64,000 nucleotides of DNA. Source: an uncultured candidate division Zixibacteria bacterium (GTDB taxonomy: Bacteria > Zixibacteria > MSB-5A5 > GN15 > FEB-12). Shown one piece after another: positions 48,180-58,800 of the stretch (position 1 is the first letter of the stretch; the number at the start of each line of letters is the position of its first letter). A program made the position numbers and the translations under genes. The notes beneath the pieces were generated by a model. That model was not told where the DNA came from. It worked only from the letters and a program-made list of their open reading frames with translations, and searched no databases. The stretch lies in contig CAWDXE010000004.1 of assembly GCA_963806185.1 (NCBI GenBank), positions 1-64,000 of the forward strand. Reading direction: 5' to 3'.

Positions 48180-48213
48180 TGGCAAGAGGTTCCGAAACCG
48201 GAACCTCTTGCCA
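48180..48213. terminator. Perfect 15-bp hairpin closing the fibre/dockerin operon
   Basis: tggcaagaggttccg-aaac-cggaacctcttgcca; no U-tract. Confidence 0.65.
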
Positions 48214-48239
48214 CAGAAATCCGGTCCCTGCCTCAATAG

Positions 48240-48268
48240 TTGACTCCGAGTGCCACTTTTGGTATACT
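48240..48268 (+). promoter_or_regulatory. sigma70-type promoter of the cysteine desulfurase gene
   Basis: TTGACT-N17-TATACT. Confidence 0.65.
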
Positions 48269-48298
48269 ACCGAAAAGGAGCTTAACCAGGCGGTCGTA

Positions 48299-49483
48299 AT
48301 GAACGATATGATTTACCTCGATAACGGCGCTACCACCTTCCCAAAACCCGAAGTAGTATATCAGCAAATCGACAGTTTTTATCGCAATTATGGCGTTAAT
48401 CCCGGCCGCTCTGGCTATGACCTTTGTCTCGCCGCCGGCTCGATGGTCGAGGATACTCGCAAACTCCTCACCAGATTCTTCAACGGTACAGATCCTAACC
48501 GACTGATCTTCGCCAACAATGCCACCGATGCCCTCAATCTGGCCATCTTTGGCTGTCTGGGACCGGGCGACCATGCCATTACCACTACTGTCGAACATAA
48601 CTCGGTTCTGCGTCCACTATATCATCTGTCCCGCGACTCGCAGGTCGAGGTCGACCATGTCCCATTCGATGAGAAGGGGTTTGTGTCAGCCGACGACATC
48701 GTTCGTCGCTTCAAGAAAAACACCCGCCTGGTCGCCATCAATCACGGTTCCAACGTGATTGGCACAGTTCAGGACATCGCCACCATTGGCCGATTCTGTC
48801 GCCAAAACGGAATCATCCTCCTGGTGGACTCATCCCAGACCGCCGGCAAGATACCAGTGGATTTGCAGGGCATGAACCTCGATATCATCGCTTTCACCGG
48901 CCACAAGTCACTCATGGGTCCGATGGGTATCGGTGGCTTGTATGTCCGCGAGGGGGTTGAAATCCGCCACACTCGCGCCGGCGGCACCGGAGTTCGTTCG
49001 GCCCAGAAAGCCCATCTGGATGAATACCCGTATCGTCTGGAATATGGCACGCCCAATTTGCTCGGCATTGCCGGGCTGAACGCCGGCGTGAAATGGCTGC
49101 AGGAACAGGGGATCGAGAACGTCGAGCGCCGCGAATCTCGACTGCTCAAACAACTGCACAACGGCCTGAAGAAGATCGACAACGTCATCATGTACTGTCA
49201 GAATGACCTCACCGATCATATCGGTGTGCTCTCATTCAACATCGAGGGCACGGAGGCAGCCGAGGTCGGCACTATGCTCGATGTCGACTACAATATCGCC
49301 TGCCGCACCGGCTTGCATTGTGCCCCGCTGGTTCACGAACAACTCGGCACTGACAAGATTCACGGCGCCGTGCGCTTTGGTATAGGTCCGTTTACGACTG
49401 AAGATGATATTACAAAGGCCATCGAGGCGGTTGAAGAAATCGCCGTCTCGCGCGGCGCTATGGCTGGGTCGAAGAAGCGTTAG
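48299..49483 (+). CDS. Cysteine desulfurase family protein (class V aminotransferase)
   Basis: IYLDNGATTFPKP, EHNSV, FTGHKSLMGP (PLP lysine), RTGLHCAP. Confidence 0.92.
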   Translation: MNDMIYLDNGATTFPKPEVVYQQIDSFYRNYGVNPGRSGYDLCLAAGSMVEDTRKLLTRFFNGTDPNRLIFANNATDALNLAIFGCLGPGDHAITTTVEHNSVLRPLYHLSRDSQVEVDHVPFDEKGFVSADDIVRRFKKNTRLVAINHGSNVIGTVQDIATIGRFCRQNGIILLVDSSQTAGKIPVDLQGMNLDIIAFTGHKSLMGPMGIGGLYVREGVEIRHTRAGGTGVRSAQKAHLDEYPYRLEYGTPNLLGIAGLNAGVKWLQEQGIENVERRESRLLKQLHNGLKKIDNVIMYCQNDLTDHIGVLSFNIEGTEAAEVGTMLDVDYNIACRTGLHCAPLVHEQLGTDKIHGAVRFGIGPFTTEDDITKAIEAVEEIAVSRGAMAGSKKR

Positions 49484-50825
49484 CGGCCTGAGCCGATGAT
49501 AAGACCAGCGCATCGGCTACTATCTCGGTGACCGTCTTGATCTCGGTCCCGAGCTTGTAGTGCTTGTTGAGTTCGGCCAACTGGTCTATACAATTATGAC
49601 AGGGAGCGACCACCACATTAGCGGCGGTCGCTTTTATTTGGTCAGCCTTGATTCTGCCGGCCTCGATTCGACGGTCGGCAAAGCGGGTCATCGACAGTTG
49701 TCCTCCTCCGCCACCACAGCAGAAGTTGGTCTCGCCGTTGGGAGTCATCTCGACAAAATCGGCGACAGCCTTACGTAGTAAATACCGTTGCGGCTCGCGC
49801 ACGCCCCCGAGCCTGACCAGATTACATGGATCGTGCAATGTATACCGCTTCGCATTTCGTGCCGGATCGACCCTGATCCTGCCGGTTCGTAGCCACCCGG
49901 CCATCACTTCCAGAATGCTGATCATAGGCACCGAATCAGCGTCCTGCCGCCAGTCCGGCCCTTCCCAAAAATTGGCGTTGAATCCGTGGCCGCACTCTCC
50001 CAGGACAATTCGGCTCGCCCCTAGTTTCCTTGCGGTTGCCTGGAGCCGACCGGCAATCTCCGCCCCTCTGTCATCATCACCGCTGAACAGTGCATAGTTG
50101 GTGATATCGTACGCATCAGACGCAAACGTCCAGTTCGCTCCAGCGGCATAAAACACCTTTCCGGCCGCGAGAAGGGAGAGCGGGTAAAATTTCGCCTCGC
50201 GCGGATTGATCGCGTAGAGGAAATCGACATTCTGGCGGTCCATTGGCAATTCTGCCGCCGGATCACCGGTTTCACCGCGAAGCTCGTCCTGCAGCCAATC
50301 AACGGTCTCCAGCCACTCCTGCTGTGTGATCCCCATATTGTTGCCGGTACCTATCGCCTTGTCGACTGTCGCCTGAAGTTCACTCGGGACCATGCCGACC
50401 GCCGCCAGCGCCGACCGACCCGCACGAATAATCCTCTCGATACTGATCCCCATCGTGCAGTTAATCGTGCATCGCCCGCACATCGAACACCGGCCGTACA
50501 GCGAATCGATCCATTCACGGGTAAGAGCAGCGTCAAGCACTGTCGCGCCGCTCAGTATAGGGAAGAGCCTGCCCGGGAGCGTATGCTGCCGGGCGAATAC
50601 CGAGGTAACCAGACCAGCCTTGTATGCCGGTATCGCCTTGGCTTCGCCTGTCGCCAGAAAGTAATGACAGCTCTCGGCGCACAATCCGCAATGCACGCAC
50701 GTCTGCATCTGAGCCGCCAACTCCGCATCGACCTTTTCGGCCAGCGTCGCCAGCATCGTCTCGATATCCTTCTCGGATGCCGGCCGAGCACAGGTCAGGC
50801 GGGTGTCGTCTTTATCGGCTGACAT
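49458..50825 (-). CDS. DsrK/HdrD-like Fe-S protein (two 4Fe-4S motifs plus CCG domain)
   Basis: CVHCGLCAESC, CSMCGRCTINC, GECGH, HDPC, CCGGGGG, PCHNC; ATG 50825 follows AAGGAG. Confidence 0.88.
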   Translation of the reverse strand: MSADKDDTRLTCARPASEKDIETMLATLAEKVDAELAAQMQTCVHCGLCAESCHYFLATGEAKAIPAYKAGLVTSVFARQHTLPGRLFPILSGATVLDAALTREWIDSLYGRCSMCGRCTINCTMGISIERIIRAGRSALAAVGMVPSELQATVDKAIGTGNNMGITQQEWLETVDWLQDELRGETGDPAAELPMDRQNVDFLYAINPREAKFYPLSLLAAGKVFYAAGANWTFASDAYDITNYALFSGDDDRGAEIAGRLQATARKLGASRIVLGECGHGFNANFWEGPDWRQDADSVPMISILEVMAGWLRTGRIRVDPARNAKRYTLHDPCNLVRLGGVREPQRYLLRKAVADFVEMTPNGETNFCCGGGGGQLSMTRFADRRIEAGRIKADQIKATAANVVVAPCHNCIDQLAELNKHYKLGTEIKTVTEIVADALVLSSAQAANASSTQP

Positions 50826-51465
50826 GCGACTCCTTCGGGTGGACCGCGGCGTGCGGCAGTACTCCACGCCGACCGAAGAATCGGCCAAAGGTGATGCGAC
50901 TGCAGAAGAATAGGAAGCAGTGCCGGATCTTGCCGAGCGGTACGTAGATTAACATGAGCGCGGTCAGAATGAGGAACGAAGTGGTGAACTGAGGAAATGC
51001 CGGCACCAGGGCGGAGCCGATCACGAAGAGTGTGACCAGCAGGTTGGATATGACATCATCGGGCGTGCTGATCGCACGCAGTGCAAGGGTGGTGGCTCGT
51101 TTGACGAGCAGGCCAATTCCGCAGGCGGCGCCGATGATTGCGAGAATGAGCAGGACAAGCCTGGTCGTCTGTTCAATTGTGATTCCCGCCATGACGAACA
51201 CCAGCACCACAAACGCGGCGGCGATGCCTAGATGATATGTCACGCCGGCAAAGTAAGTCCCCAGATGCTGCCACGCACTCTCCTTGGCCCACGGCATCAT
51301 CCCCGCCAGCAGGGCATATTGCATTCCCTGCCATTCGCTGCCGGTCGCCGGGGCAAAGCGGCGACGTTGCCCAAAGCGAAGAGTCGTCCAGATGGTCGTC
51401 ACCAATCCGCCGAAAGCAAACAGCGCCGCGGCAATTACCACAAATGTGAGCCAGAGTGGAATCAT
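50812..51465 (-). CDS. DsrM/NarI-like membrane cytochrome b subunit
   Basis: About five TM helices; YHLG and P.GKIRH heme ligands; LRAISTPDD. Confidence 0.75.
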   Translation of the reverse strand: MIPLWLTFVVIAAALFAFGGLVTTIWTTLRFGQRRRFAPATGSEWQGMQYALLAGMMPWAKESAWQHLGTYFAGVTYHLGIAAAFVVLVFVMAGITIEQTTRLVLLILAIIGAACGIGLLVKRATTLALRAISTPDDVISNLLVTLFVIGSALVPAFPQFTTSFLILTALMLIYVPLGKIRHCFLFFCSRITFGRFFGRRGVLPHAAVHPKESHVSR

Positions 51466-51474
51466 TCGTTGTGC

Positions 51475-51795
51475 TTACACGCACCCGTCAGGTTTGGGAA
51501 GCCCCGCTAGTTTGCATGCCCCTTTGGCCGGACCGGAAGGGAATAATTCGTAAATGCGCTTCAACGGCAGGCCGGTACTCTTGCAGACCGCCCGCACCAT
51601 TGGCGCCATGTTGGTTTCAACGTAATGCTTGCGGATAAACTCAATGACCGCCCAGTGTTCCGCCGTCAGCATTTCCAGCCCTTCCTGCGCTTTGGCCAGT
51701 TCGACCGCCACCTCTTTACTCCAGGCATTGGGGTCGGTGAGAAACCCCTCTTCATTCAGCGTAAGTTGTTGTCCCTTAACGTCAATATGGGTCAT
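51475..51795 (-). CDS. dsrC: DsrC/TusE family sulfur carrier with both C-terminal cysteines
   Basis: EEGFL...W, LTAEHWAVIEFIR, LFPSGPAKGACKLAGLPKPDGCV (C-X10-C); ATG 51795 follows GGAGG. Confidence 0.88.
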   Translation of the reverse strand: MTHIDVKGQQLTLNEEGFLTDPNAWSKEVAVELAKAQEGLEMLTAEHWAVIEFIRKHYVETNMAPMVRAVCKSTGLPLKRIYELFPSGPAKGACKLAGLPKPDGCV

Positions 51796-51946
51796 TGTCA
51801 ATACCTCCACATTCAAATCTCCGGTAATATAGTCTCTTTTTGCCCGAAAAGGCAACGTTTTCATCCACAATGAGGAAATGGCCCGGCATATTATGCAGAA
51901 GATCGGCTGGTTGGCGAAGGGTTCATGTAACTTGGAGTCTGGTATT

Positions 51947-52777
51947 ATGCACATTATCGATCTCACTCCAGACTATCTGGCGGCCATGACCAATAGGCGG
52001 AGTTTCAAAGAGTACGAAGCCCTCTTCCCGGAACTCTTCGATCACTACTTCCAGTTCTGGTGTCCTCGTACCCATGCTTTCGCTGAATTGACGAATGACG
52101 AAATCGACCGCCGAGTCAATCGAGTAAGAAACGTTCTGCTGCAAATCGAAAGCAGATTTTGCAACATCGGACTCGACCTGACGCAAATGCAAATCGTCCT
52201 CTTTGTCGGCGGCAATACCTCAAACGGTCATGCCTTCATGAGAGCCAATCAGCCCATCGTCTGGCTGCCTGTCGAAACCTATGCCACTGACCACCGGGCG
52301 CTGATCTTCATCGCCCATGAAATCATCCACGGTCTTCACTATGCCGCTGCTCCCGAGTTCATGTTTTCCGACGTTGAATCAAAGAACGACATCGGGCGGC
52401 AACTCATCACTGAAGGGCTGGCGACCTATCTCACCACGACAATTCTGAACGTCGCGGAGCTGCACGCGTTATGGGCAGACTATCTCTCTGAGTCCGAGGC
52501 TTCCAGATGGCTGGCTGATTGCCGCGAGCAATATCCGGCGCTTGCCGAGTGGTTTCTCAATCACTTTCACGAAAGCATCCTGGGATGTGAGATCTTTCAG
52601 GCCAACGGCCCGACTGATATTTGGCGGCATCGCGCCGGCTATTATGTAGGCTTGGACGTCGTGCGCGCGATTGCCGAACGCCGGCGCTGTTCGGCGAGTG
52701 GGCTGTTGGAAATACCGCGTGGGGAGTTTGAGGAAGAAGTGATCGAGCAGTTGAAGCAGGCTCGATCGTCTCAATGA
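51947..52777 (+). CDS. Putative Zn-dependent protease (DUF2268-like)
   Basis: AHEIIHG, ITEGLA, AGYYVG. Confidence 0.78.
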   Translation: MHIIDLTPDYLAAMTNRRSFKEYEALFPELFDHYFQFWCPRTHAFAELTNDEIDRRVNRVRNVLLQIESRFCNIGLDLTQMQIVLFVGGNTSNGHAFMRANQPIVWLPVETYATDHRALIFIAHEIIHGLHYAAAPEFMFSDVESKNDIGRQLITEGLATYLTTTILNVAELHALWADYLSESEASRWLADCREQYPALAEWFLNHFHESILGCEIFQANGPTDIWRHRAGYYVGLDVVRAIAERRRCSASGLLEIPRGEFEEEVIEQLKQARSSQ

Positions 52778-52811
52778 GACAACGAGAGATGCAAGATCAT
52801 TCGGGACCACT

Positions 52812-54335
52812 TTACTGCGGTACAATGTACTTGGCTCGAATCTCCGGCTGATGCTCCCTGAACCAGACCGTCCACTCCTTGGCGGTCGTGTAATCAAGAT
52901 TTGTTTCCTGTTTCAACACGGCCAGTGCCTTGGCACGTTCTTCATCTGTGGCAATCCAGAGCAGGTTCACACATTGCTCGATGAGCAGGTAGCGGCGCTT
53001 GGATTCCCATATCTCGCGAAAGTGGTAAGCGCGCTCGAAACTCGATCCGATCTCATACCGGGGTTCATCGAGTGCTCGAGCTACCCAAAAGCCATACGAA
53101 ACGAGCGACCTCTCTTTGGCCCGCGATAGAGTAGTCGATCTGGCGGAGAATCGGCTCCCCGCTCTCCATGTCGGCGACAACGTCGAGCTTGTGCGAATTG
53201 AACCATTTGTGCAGTCTCGCGGCCAATTCCATCTGGCCTTCGTGAGATGCCGCCTGCACGAAATCAATAGAATCACCCGACATCATCATCAAGTAGTTGA
53301 AACACTCACCATGCTTTGCTCGATTGAAATCCGTCTCGGATAAGTTCATGCTGTCGAGGCTGGACAGCATGAGTTTCGTTACGTATGCCGATCGCAGCCA
53401 AGCTGATCGATTTCTGGTAGGGGAGGTGTTCTGCCATGATAAATCAAGCCGTCATACCCGGCATGCCGATCCTTTCTCTCGAACGACGGCGGCATGTTGC
53501 GCATGTCGAATCCGTAGCTGGATTCCGGCGCCCGCCAGATGGCCGCAACAGAGTCATCGGCCGATGCCTGCTGGATCGTCCGAAATCCGCCGCTATCCGC
53601 ATACCGCTCATTCAGGTAATGGCCGAGATAATACCCCTCGGCATTCGCCTCGCCGCCGTGCTTCAAGGTACGAGTCTTTGACAGATGTGCCGCCCCGTAG
53701 AAAATCAGTGCCTTGAAATCAGGTTTCGACTCGAGTTGGCTGACTATTTGGCTCGACAAATATTCATCCCTCTCGTAGAAGAAGAAGCTGTCTCGCTTGG
53801 CCAGGGTCCAGTCTGTTGTCTCAATCGTCTTCTCGGGGCCAAATATGTCAAATGCGACTCGTGTCTGCGGCGAAGCAACAGCATTGTGCGCCGCCACTCG
53901 CTGCCAAAAGTCACGCAAGTCGGAATAGTACTCCAAGTGACTGGTTGTGAATTGATCCGCTACCGGCGGCTCGATGAAATAGTCTGAGATATCCCCTGAC
54001 TGGAAAAAGCGCTTGAGGTTCTCGACGTCTCGTGAGTCCCTCTCAAGAATCAGGAGCAGGTGGCGCGGAATGTTGTCGATCGGGCTTTGGCTCTCTTCCA
54101 CCTGGTCAAGCCAGTGGTTGAGCGCCTTGATAACGCCTTGCATGTAGAGCGAAGAACCGTGGTGCGAGTCGGACAGCATCACCACCCGGTTGGACTTCAG
54201 TTGCTCAAGAAGAAACTGATTTACATCAGGATCGCAGTTCTCCTTGACGATTCGCGCAAATTCTTCATCGGATACTTGCCCTCCGCAACTTACAAGCAAT
54301 ACGATGATACATGTGAAGTATGCCAGTTTGTGCAT
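52812..54335 (-). pseudogene. Hypothetical lipoprotein, probably one gene of about 500 aa split by two frameshifts (near 53388 and 53095)
   Basis: Lipobox LVSC; VVMLSDSHH and IFYGAAH (ChaN/EreA-like motifs); downstream ORFs continue in shifted frames with no evident RBS. Confidence 0.6.
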
Positions 54336-54421
54336 GGGCCTCCTCGGCTGATTCTGAATGTCTCACCCGAATACCGATTACGACTGGAGAAAGATGCACC
54401 GGAATGGCGATGATGCACAAG

Positions 54422-54451
54422 AAAAAAGCGGGACCGTCACCAGTCCCGCTT
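54422..54451 (-). terminator. Rho-independent terminator of the POT transporter
   Basis: Minus strand reads aagcgggac-tggtgacg-gtcccgc-tttttt. Confidence 0.85.
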
Positions 54452-54476
54452 CAATCACCAATTTCATAATTAGGAA

Positions 54477-55823
54477 TTAGGTCGTTGCCTTCACACTATT
54501 CCCCTTCGCGCTGTGTACAAACCGCTTGCCCACAAAGTAGAACGCTACGCCAACCAACGCCATCATGGCTGTCATGATGCCGAAATATGGTCCCGGCTCC
54601 ATCTTGTCGTACAGGTGCACGAATATCCCGGCCAGCAAATTCCCGAGAAACACCGTGCAGAGCCAGATACCCGTGATCATCGACTTCATCCGGTCAGGCG
54701 CCTCCTCAAATGCCAACTGCAGGCCCACCACCGAAATACAGAGTTCGGCCGCCGTGAGCAGTATGTACGCCAAAACCTCCCACAGAATCGAGACCTTGCT
54801 CGAAAGGCCCACGAAACCGGCCACCGACATCAGTCCCATGCACATGATGACAAGGAGAAACCCAATCAGCATCTTGTGCGGCGACGGCAGGCGATGCGTC
54901 TCATCCCGGTCAGTGCGCGACCAGATCCACGCGAACAGCGGTGTCATGATGACAATCAGGAAGGGATTGGCCGCCTGGATGGCGTCCGGAGGAATTCTCG
55001 TTGCCCAGCCAAAGATGTTCACGTCGAGAAACATGTAGTCGCGAGCAAACAGCGTCCAGGTCGTCGCCGATTGATCGAAGATCGACCAAAAGAAAACGAC
55101 CAGAACAAACAAACCGGAGAGACGGCCAAGTGTCCGGAGATCCTCCGACCGTTCCTGCGGCGTCTGTTTCGTGCGCTGTACTTGTCGAACGTCTTCCTTT
55201 GGGTAATACTTTTTTCCGAAGTAGAATATGCCGAGCGAAACAACCATCAGGATCGTCGGCGCCATGAAGGCAGTGCCGTAACCATAACGATCACGAATAA
55301 ACGGCAACGTCGCGGTGGTGGCAAATGCTCCGACATTGATCGCCATATAGAACCATGAGAAGGCCTGGGTCAAGAGGTGCGACTTGCCTTCCTTCTGGTA
55401 CATCAGCCCCATGAGTGTGCTGATATTGGGTTTGATGGTTCCCGAGCCGCCGGCGAGCAGAAGGAGCGCCGTGTACAGCCCCACTTGATTATTGAACGAC
55501 CCGAGAATGACATGGCCGAGGATGTAGGGGATGGCGAAATACATGATCGTCTTGAACTTCCCCAGGTAGTGATCGGCGATGTACCCACCGACGATAGGCA
55601 GGATGTAGGCGCACGCGGTGAACAGGTTCACTACAAATCCGCTATTGGCGTCAGTGTAGCCGATCACGTTCACCATGTACAGCAGCAACAGCGTCTTCAT
55701 GCCATAGAAACTGGCCCGCTCGGCTAACTCGCCCCAGAAAATGAACCAGAATCCTTTGGGATGACGGTTGTGGTCGGCTGATATCTGTCTTTCAGCGGCT
55801 GCCGCCGCGGGAGCAGCTTTCAT
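54477..55823 (-). CDS. Proton-dependent oligopeptide transporter (POT/PTR family)
   Basis: HPKG, ELAERASFYG (ExxER), GGYIAD, KPNIS, FYMAINVG. Confidence 0.94.
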   Translation of the reverse strand: MKAAPAAAAAERQISADHNRHPKGFWFIFWGELAERASFYGMKTLLLLYMVNVIGYTDANSGFVVNLFTACAYILPIVGGYIADHYLGKFKTIMYFAIPYILGHVILGSFNNQVGLYTALLLLAGGSGTIKPNISTLMGLMYQKEGKSHLLTQAFSWFYMAINVGAFATTATLPFIRDRYGYGTAFMAPTILMVVSLGIFYFGKKYYPKEDVRQVQRTKQTPQERSEDLRTLGRLSGLFVLVVFFWSIFDQSATTWTLFARDYMFLDVNIFGWATRIPPDAIQAANPFLIVIMTPLFAWIWSRTDRDETHRLPSPHKMLIGFLLVIMCMGLMSVAGFVGLSSKVSILWEVLAYILLTAAELCISVVGLQLAFEEAPDRMKSMITGIWLCTVFLGNLLAGIFVHLYDKMEPGPYFGIMTAMMALVGVAFYFVGKRFVHSAKGNSVKATT

Positions 55824-55891
55824 ACGCCAATCCTCCAGAGTCCATTACAATGTGAATCACCATTATCGTCACAATTTGCGCTCATGCGTGG

Positions 55892-58800
55892 TCAATCTCC
55901 GAGGCACGAATTACTCAGCCCAATCGTCGAACTGCCGTCGAAATGCGGCCCCTTCGGCAGGGCCTTGTGCACCGGGTAAAGTTCCTCAAGCGTTCGCGCG
56001 TCATACATGCGCCCGTTGATCATCGTGTAATCAATATTCTCCGATTGTCGGATATCCTTCAGCGGATTGCCGTCGATCACGATCAGATCCGCCAGCAGAC
56101 CTTTCTGAATGCTCCCCAGTTCCTTGTCCATCCCGATCGCCCGCGCCCCGCGCCAGGTGGCGCACTGCAACGCCTCATGATTTGTCATCCCGCCCTGTTG
56201 CAGCATCCAGAGCTCCCAGTGCGCTCCCAGCCCCTGAAGCTGGCCATGGGCGCCCAGTTCGACATTCCCGCCATGACGCAGGATATCCGTGGCCGTCTTG
56301 GCCAGAGCGAAATGATGATACTGATCCTCCGGCGCCATCGTCCGGCGCATTGATCTCGGATCGACAACCGAGCGAGGGACGAAAGTCATCAAGCGCTTGT
56401 TCTCCCAGACATTGTTGTGCTGATACCAGTAGTTCTCGCCCCAGAGGCCGCCATACCCGACGATCAACGTCGGCGTGTACCCGGTGCCGGACCGGCCCAT
56501 AAGCTGAAGTTCGGGTTCGTAGAGCGGCGCCACAGGGAACGGATGCTCCAGGGTCGTCTGACCATCAAGTACCATCGTCAGCATATGGTTGAGCGTCGAT
56601 CCGCCTTCCGGTACCACCATCGTGTTCAATTCGCTCGCCGCTTTGATGATCATTTGCCGTTGTTCTCGACGCGGCTGATTGTAGCTCTTCACCGAGATCG
56701 CCCCCCAGGCGATTGTCCGCTTCACCGCGCTGACCGCATCGTCGTACTTGTCGATGACCGACTTGAAGTCGCCGTCCGCGCCGTACAGAATCGTACCGGT
56801 ACTGAAGACGCGAGGGGAGAGGATCGCCCCCTGCTTTTCCAATTCGGCCATTCCGAAAATCATCTGTGAATTATTACTCGGGTCGTGCATCGTCGTCACG
56901 CCGAACGCCAGGTTGGCTAGATAGCCCCAGCTCTGCTGCGCATACATTCCCGCATTGCTCGATCCGGGGTGCGCGTGAACATCAATCAAGCCCGGCATGA
57001 TCGTCTTACCAGTGACGTCGACGACTGTAGCTCCCGAGGGTACGGCCACCTGATCCTTTGTTCCGACTTCCGCTATCCGATTCCCCTTTATGTGTACGAC
57101 GGCATTGTCGATGACCGACATATCGTTCATCGGCAGCACCCGTCCGCCAACCAGATAGAGATCCGTGTATGGAATGTCCGCCTTCTCCTGCCAGCCGAGG
57201 TTGAGCATCGACTGCTTCGTCACCTTCGACGTATCCTTGTCGTACAGCCCTGCCGGCGTGTTGCTGAACAATTCCGGTCCGAGACTCCACCAGACAGTCT
57301 TGCTGTCGGAGGACCAGGATAGGAAAGTCCCCGCGTCCTTTGACAGCTGCTTGACCGGGAGCCCTTGCATTTGGGGGCCGACTTCCAGCGGTTGATTCAA
57401 CAGTGTAAACGGCGTCACATACGCCTGCCACAGTTCTTCAAAGGCGAGCCATTGTTCGTCCGGCGACAGCCGGAAGTCTACAGCATACTGTGACGTCGCC
57501 AGCACCCGGCGATCCGATCCCAGCAGGTCGATACTCACCAGCGCGGCCTTCTCGCCCTCGCGTGAGTTCAAATAGACTCGCTGACCATCTTTGGAAAAAC
57601 GTGGGCTCTCGCCCTCGCGCGTTAACAACCGCGGCGCCGTTCTGCCGGCGGCGTCGACGAGATAGATGCCCGGATCGGTCTCCCACAACTGCCCGCGATA
57701 CCCGTCGCCCGTGCCGCGATGATATACGATCCAACTACCGTCCGGCGAGAAACTCGCCGAGACATAATGCCCCGGTCGTGCCACAACCGTGCGCTCACTC
57801 CGCCCATCGGCACTCATGACGCGGATCGTCCCGCCACTGGTATCATTCCAGGTCGTGAACATGATCTCCTTGCCGTTTGGGGAGAGAGACGGCGCAAATT
57901 CAAAGTGATCGGTCTGTCGCGTCAGGCGAGATGCCTGCCCGGAGGGGAGAGGGCGACGATAGAGATACCCCAGTGCCTGGAAGACCACTTCGTTTCCAGC
58001 CGGCGTCACCTGTGGCCAACGGATGACCTTGACTGGGAAGGTCTCCCCGCCGATTGTCTGCGGGAATCGAAGCGCCTTCGCTACCACTTGCCTGACGTCC
58101 ACTTGGAACGGAATCTCCGTCGCCGTGCCGGAGGCAACGTTTACTCGCCAGATTTTCCCTTTGGCCCAGATGACAATGTCCTTACCGTCGGGCGTCCAGC
58201 TGAATCCCGGATACACGCCAAATAGCGTCCAGGTTTCCTGTTGATCTTCATCCAAGCTGTCCCATAGCGGGCGCACCTGATTGTTCGCGAGATCGCACAG
58301 CGATAATACGGATTTGGTGCGAACCCGCCGCACAAACGCCATCGTCTTGCCGTCCGGGCTTGTCTCCGGTCGACAGGCCCCCCCGTTGATCTCAATGATA
58401 TTGGTGATCTCATTGGTCTGCAGTTCCAGACGTCGAATGACAAAAATTGTGCCGTTGGGATCCTTGTTATACTGGAAATACGGCCCCGGTGACATGTCCT
58501 CCGACCAATACAGGTATTTGCCGTCCGGCGAGAATATCGGCTCATTGGCGTCCTGCTGATCATTCTTTTTGTGGGTGAGCTGTACTCCCTGGCCGCCTTC
58601 CGGAAATTTGTACATCCACATCTCGCCGGCGCCAAGACTTCGATAGCCGGTAAAATGCTTCTTCGCGACGACATAATTCCCGCTCGGATGCCAGGCTGGA
58701 TTATTGAGCAGTCGAAAACTCTCTTTCGTGATCTGAACCGGATCGCTCCCGTCGGTCTTCATTGTCCATAGATTATCACCACCGGCACGATCACTGACAA

